From a virus (Duplodnaviria; Caudoviricetes), in the IMG/VR virus record IMGVR_UViG_3300025073_000054, positions 1-61,672 of that record: 61,672 nt of DNA; one strand, 5' to 3'. Positions 56,578 through 61,672 of this stretch are shown one piece after another (positions within the stretch are counted from its first letter, which is position 1; the number at the start of each line of letters is the position of its first letter). The position numbers were made by a program, and so were the translations under genes. The notes below the pieces were generated by a model. The model was not told the DNA's origin, ran no database searches, and saw only the letters and a program-made list of their open reading frames with translations.

Positions 56578-56828
56578 TGCCCCGCCCCACCCCCAGCCTC
56601 GCCAGCTCCATCGCCGCCCTCTCCCACGCCGCGTCCGCCGGCCAGCCCGCCTGGGTCACCCCCGACGCCTGGCAGGCGCTCTCGCTCGCGGTGGCGCTCC
56701 TCACCCGCGACGCCCACGCGCTCCTCGCCCGCGGAACGGTGGTCGCCGCAGCCGGGGAGCTGCGCGTGGGGCTCGACACGCTGTACCGGTGGCGCACAGG
56801 CGGCTGGCTGTCGGGGGGTGGGCGGTAG
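56577..56828 (+). CDS. HTH protein, probable autoregulator
   Basis: GTVVAAAGELRVGLDTLYRW. Confidence 0.65.
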   Translation: MPRPTPSLASSIAALSHAASAGQPAWVTPDAWQALSLAVALLTRDAHALLARGTVVAAAGELRVGLDTLYRWRTGGWLSGGGR

Positions 56829-56831
56829 GGC

Positions 56832-59800
56832 TCAGCGGTAGAGCGCTGGGTCGACGGGCTTCGGGACGCTGATCGTCACCCGCCCGGTCTTGCCGTCGCG
56901 ATGGAGCAACGTGTGCGCCGACCACTGCGCCGCGCGCATGGCGTCGGCGATGGCCTGGATCACCGGCACATCCTCGCGGATCGTGACCGGCTTGCGAGGC
57001 GAGGATCGCAGCGCGTCGACCACCTCCATGACGCGCGTCGTGATGCGGTTCGTGTAGTCGACCACAGGCTCACGGAGCAGATCCGCGGGCGTGGGGATGT
57101 CAGGCGGCGTGGGGACGCGCTTCGTGGCGTTCCGCTGGTCGCAGGATGCGAGAGAGTGGCCGTCGTCGAGGGCGCCGCAGCGGCGGCATCGGTCGTGGTC
57201 GTCATAGCTCATGATCGGGGCTCCTTCGTGGTCGCGCGTGCCGCGCAGTCGGGGTCATGGGACGGGCGCTCGCCTTCGAGCCACTCGCCCGCGCACTCCC
57301 GGCACTGCCAGCCGGGCGCGAGGACGCTGGTGCCGAGGACGATGATGGGCCGGGTGATGCGGCGGAGGATGCTCACGGCGCGCGCTCCGCCATCCACTGC
57401 ATCGCCGCGTCGATGGCGTCGGGGAGCGGGGATCTCACGTGTGCCTCGACGTCACAAACCACTCGATGGCGCCGGGGTCGATGCCCTCGCGGCTCACCAT
57501 CGGGTGCGCCTTGCACCACTCGACGCCGGAACCGCACTCCTGCCAGCCGCCCTCGCCGCCGCAGTCGTGGCAGCGGTCGCCACCGGGCTGGCTCCAGTCG
57601 GGGTCGTCGTCAAAGACGAAGCCATCGCCGCTGCACGTCGGGCAGCCAAGGTGCACGACGCTCGACCCGCACCGGGCGCACTGCGCGTCCCACTCCTGGC
57701 CGTCGTCGGGTGGACGGCGCGCGATCATGCTGTCGACGCTCACCGCCCGCACCTCCCCCGCGCCGGGGCGCAGGTGGTCGCGGCGAGGCGTCGAGCTAGC
57801 GCAGCACGCACCTCCGCGGCCGTGGGGACGGCGCCGTAGAGCGCGAGCGCGGCGACGGTGGACGCGCTCAGAGCGATCGTCCGCGTGCCCGTCGAGGCGC
57901 TCACCGCCCCTCCCCCGCCGCGTCGAGCGCGGGTGTGGGCCAGACGCAGGGGCGACCGCTGGCGTCGAGCGCCCACCATCGCGATGGCTGCCGTCCGCCG
58001 ACGACGTAGCTGGAGACGTCGTCTTGGCGCAGCCCGTGCGCGAGCCGCGCATCGATGCGGTCGTTCCAGTTCGTCCGCCACAGTCCGCCCGCCGCAGCGT
58101 GCGCCGCGATCTCCGCGTCCGTCGGCGCCACCGTGCGTCCCTCGATCGTCGCCCGCTGCGCGTCGAGCTCCGCGAGGGCCCCACGCCAGTTGCCGTGGTT
58201 GCACCGCGACGTCAGTCGCGCATCGTCGCGCTCCGCAATGAGCACAGCGGCCTCAGCCCGCAGCCGCGCGACCTCCGCCTCGGCGGCCTCGGCGCGGGTG
58301 CGATGGGTCGCCGCGTCGTCGAGCGCGTGCGTGAGGTGCGACTGCGCGGTGGTGAGTTCGTCGCGGAGTTCGTCGAGGAGCCCGACGGCGCGACGCAGCT
58401 CTGCCGCGAGCACGCGCGGCGGGGCGAGGTCGTCGCTCATCGCCCCTCCGCAGCCGCGATGGCGACGTCGAGCGCGGTGCGAGTGACTCGCTCTTGCTCG
58501 TAGGCCGAGAGCAGCGCGCCCGCGTCGATCGACGCGAGGGGACCGGGGAGCGCGTCGAGTTTCGTGAGGTACTCCCGCACCACCCGCGCCTCGACGTAGC
58601 CGCCGGGGGCGCCGCGCAGGAGGGCGTCGGTCGCGGCCTTGGCGGATGCGTGCGCCTCACACGCGGCCTGCGATGCGGCGAGGGCGGGCGACTGCGGCGC
58701 CCCTGCGACGAAGACCATGAGCGCGTCGAACAGGTCGGGCGGGGCCACCGGGACGGCCGCGGCGGACCGTGCCGTCTCGCACTCCCGCTCCGCCCGCACC
58801 GCCGCCCGCAGCCCGTCGAGGGCGCTGCGGGCGGTGTCGCGCTCTGCCCGCGCCTCCGACAGCAGCGCGTGCGGGCTCTTGCCGTCCGCCCATTGGAGGG
58901 ACAGCACGAACTCCCGCCCGCCCATCGTCCCGCGCCACTCGGCGCAGTTGGGCGCGTCGGCTGCGGTCGACACGATCGCCTCGATGCACAGGGCCATCGC
59001 ATCCTCGAAGGTGGGCGCACGCGCAAGCATCCGGCCCTGCCGCTCGGTCACCTCGCCGAGAGCGACGGCGATCTCCCGCGCCTCGTCTCGCTCCCGCTCC
59101 GCCGTCGCCAGCGCGTCGGCGAGGGAGAGGACGTCGCGGGCGAGGTCGTGCACCATCGACGTGTCCATGAGCGTCCCGCCGTGAGGGCCGGGGGCGAGGG
59201 AGAGTAGCTCCCGCACGCGGTCGAGGGGGATCACAGCGCGGGCGGGCTCTCGCGCGTGCTGCGACGACGCGCCGTGCAACGGGCACCCATCGTCGTCGAG
59301 CGTCCGCTCTCCGTCCGCACCGGCACCCTCGTAGCGGGGGCCGCACGCGCAGTCGCCGCACACGGGGCACCACCGCGCGGAGGAGCCGGTGCATCCGGCG
59401 TCGAGGGGGATCACTCGCCACCTCCCGTCACGCTGGCCATCGCCTTGGCGACCATCTCGACGAACTGAGCCCGCACCTCGGGGGTGTTCTCATCGAAGGT
59501 CGCGGGCATCGTCGCGCCGATGGCCGCGAACTGCGGTCCGAGGAGCGCCTTCATCGACGGGTAGATGACGCGGGCGAAGTCCTCCGCGGTCGGAGGGAGA
59601 GCGCCGAGGGCGACCAACAGGCGGCGGTCCATCACTCGCCTCCCGTGGGCGCGGCGATGGCTGCGATGGGAAGAGTCCCCGCGCCGATGGCTCCAGCGAG
59701 GTCGACCGCCGTCTCGTAGTGCGCGATGGCGGTATCGCTCCCAGCGTCGAACGCGCTGGCCCACAGCGCCATCTCGTCGCGACACAGGGCACGGGCACGC

Positions 59801-61168
59801 TCCCGCTCCGCCGCCACCGCAGCCGCCACGTCGGCGGCGTGCTGCACGGCGAGGGCGCGGAGCTCATCGCCAAGCCGCCGCGTCTGGTCGCAGCCCGCCT
59901 CGTAGTCGCCCGTCAGGTCCGCGACCTTCGCCCGCAGCTCGTTCACCTCGCCGCGTAGTAGGGCGGCCTGCCCCTGGAGCGCGTCGATGATCTGCTCTGC
60001 ATCGTCGAAGGCGACCATGAGACACCGCACGTCGCGCGCATCAAGGTCGCTGGTGCTGTAGCCGCCCGCAAGCGACGCCACGACGCGCTCCAGCGCGGGC
60101 GTGCGGTCGCCGTCGTCGCAGCCCTCCGGCGGCGCGGCGTCGTACATCGCGCGCACCCGTCGCAGGTTGTCGCGAGCATCGGGCGCCTCGATCGCCGCCA
60201 CGTCGAGCGCGGGGAGCGGCTGCGCGGCGAGGGCTGCGACCGTCGCGAGCGCCCGCTTCACCGCAACGAACGCCGCCGCGTTGGCATCGCGCGTCGGGCC
60301 GTCCATCCCGCGGCAGACCACGACGCTGTGCCACGTCCCATCGGGCTTCTGGTGCGCCCGCGCGTCGTCGTGGATGACCACGGCGAGTTCCTGCGGCGCC
60401 GCGTCGATCAGGCGACCGTCGCGGATCTCCGCCACCTCCAGGGTGCCGGGGGTCATCGCGGCGAGCAGGCTGCGCGCTTCGTCCGCGCCCATGAGGTCGC
60501 CGATCGCCGCCACGTCGATCGCCGCGAGGGCGTCGTCGGGGGCGGTCACGCGGGCCTCGCGAGCGCGTCACCCGTCGCGACGGTGACGTCCGTCCAGTCG
60601 ATTATGGGCAGCCCCGTGCTGCCGTCGATCAACGCCACCGCGTGATCGTGAGCGATCGTGAGCCCGTGGAGCACACCGTCACGGCGGGCACGCTCCGCCG
60701 CCTCCGCACGCGTCGCCTCCCCCGGCGCGAGGATCTCCCGTGCGGGCAGCGCCCTCGCCCCGGCGTAGGCCGCGACCGCAATGCGCGGGTCGGCAGCGCC
60801 GCAGAGCCCATCGCCGTTCGGCACCCACGGCGCTCCGACCATGTGACTCCGCGCGAGGGACACCTCCCTCACCTCGCCCGACTCCAGCACCACCCGCCAC
60901 GTCTCGGGGGCGGTCACTGCGCTGCCTCGCTGTCGTCGCTCTCGACCATCGGGCCGCGCCTGCCGCGCCCGACGGCGACGACGAGCTCCGTCCGCGTGGT
61001 CACCAGGAAGACGGTCCACTGGTCGTCATCCTCAGCCCGCGCCCACACGTCGAAGTGGTCGCTCCACCCGTCGTCCGCGTGCGCGTCGACGTACTGCTCC
61101 ACAGCCGCGCTGATACCCGTCGCCTCGATCACCTGCGGGTCGTCCCTGTCCACCACGTATCGCGCCAT
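56832..61168 (-). other. Leftward accessory operon of coupled hypothetical genes (56832-57212, 57209-57397, 57435-57743, 57740-57904, 57901-58440, 58437-59414, 59411-59635, 59632-60549, 60546-60917, 60914-61168)
   Basis: Mostly start/stop overlaps; 57435-57743 has DnaJ-type CxxCxGxG repeats; several coiled coils. Confidence 0.6.
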
Positions 61169-61215
61169 CGCTCACCTCCGCCGCCCCGTCGTGGGGCTAC
61201 TGGCGAGATACGTAC

Positions 61216-61253
61216 ACCAATCTGGTATCAACGGGCAACCTTTGTGGTATCAA
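61216..61253. promoter_or_regulatory. Divergent control region with repeated operator-like boxes
   Basis: TGGTATCAA at 61223-61231 and 61245-61253; AT-rich. Confidence 0.6.
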
Positions 61254-61261
61254 TCGGAGCC

Positions 61262-61504
61262 ATGACTGGTTCATCGCCCCCCAAGGTCCGCCGCCGACGT
61301 GCGAAAACACCCCGGATGGCCCGCCCCAAGATCCCCGACCGCGCGGAGTTCACCGCCCGCGTGCCCGCTGCGTTGCTCGCGAAGGTCGACGCTGCGGTGC
61401 GCGGACGCATGGAGGTTGCCCCGTCGTTCACCCGCACCGATGCGTTGGTGGAGGCGCTCGCGGCGTGGATCGCAGCCGAGTCCGCGAAGGGCAGTGAGCG
61501 ATGA
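61262..61504 (+). CDS. Ribbon-helix-helix regulator (alternative start 61316)
   Basis: FTARVPAALLAKVD.....TRTDALVEALAAW. Confidence 0.75.
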   Translation: MTGSSPPKVRRRRAKTPRMARPKIPDRAEFTARVPAALLAKVDAAVRGRMEVAPSFTRTDALVEALAAWIAAESAKGSER

Positions 61505-61672
61505 CCACCGTCGGAGATCTGCGCCGCGCCATCGCCAACGTGCCTGACGACACGCCCATGGTGATCAGCGGACCCGACCACAGCCTGCCCTTCGCAGAGG
61601 CGGTGCTGGCCTACGCCACGACGTGCTGCGACGGGTCGCTCGACGAGCCCGACGACTGAGATGCGGTCGTGC
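61501..61672 (+). CDS. Origin-spanning hypothetical gene (continues to position 171 on circularisation)
   Basis: MTTVGDLRRAIANVPDDTPMVI...; intact with the left-copy allele (GGA). Confidence 0.65.
61531..61672. repeat. Terminal direct repeat, right copy
   Basis: Matches 1-142 with one mismatch. Confidence 0.95.

Noticed and set aside
61657-61659. Stop-codon reassignment (TGA read as Gly or Trp)
   Set aside because: TGA is the normal stop for most genes here; this is a single mismatch near the contig end.

Overview
This window looks like one complete, circularly assembled temperate phage genome of about 61.5 kb and very high GC. Bases 1-142 recur at 61531-61672 with one mismatch. The minus-strand late region (about 33.2 kb down to 2.8 kb) encodes terminase, a Mu-like portal, protease and capsid, a contractile tail with baseplate and fibres, and a lysis/accessory cassette. 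That cassette holds a membrane-anchored response-regulator receiver protein, a Dam-like MTase, a Tad2/DUF2829-like sponge, a DUF6527-like protein and an M15 endolysin. The early region is lambdoid: a Cro/CI switch with an ImmA/IrrE-like protease, a CII-like protein, an initiator with internal iterons, DnaB, a RusA-like resolvase and a RecT/Bet-like annealase. Integration uses a tyrosine integrase whose attP (3' half of tRNA-Phe) lies inside the int ORF. Cys-rich, DAG-repeat lipoproteins and the int/attP layout suggest a myxobacterial (Myxococcota) host, which is inference. Top candidates for novelty are the TM-receiver protein at the holin position, a promoter-to-terminator structured sRNA downstream of the lysis genes, a 13-bp element shared by two late promoters, and an integrase lacking its first catalytic Arg. 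All family calls come from recognised motifs; no database searches were run.
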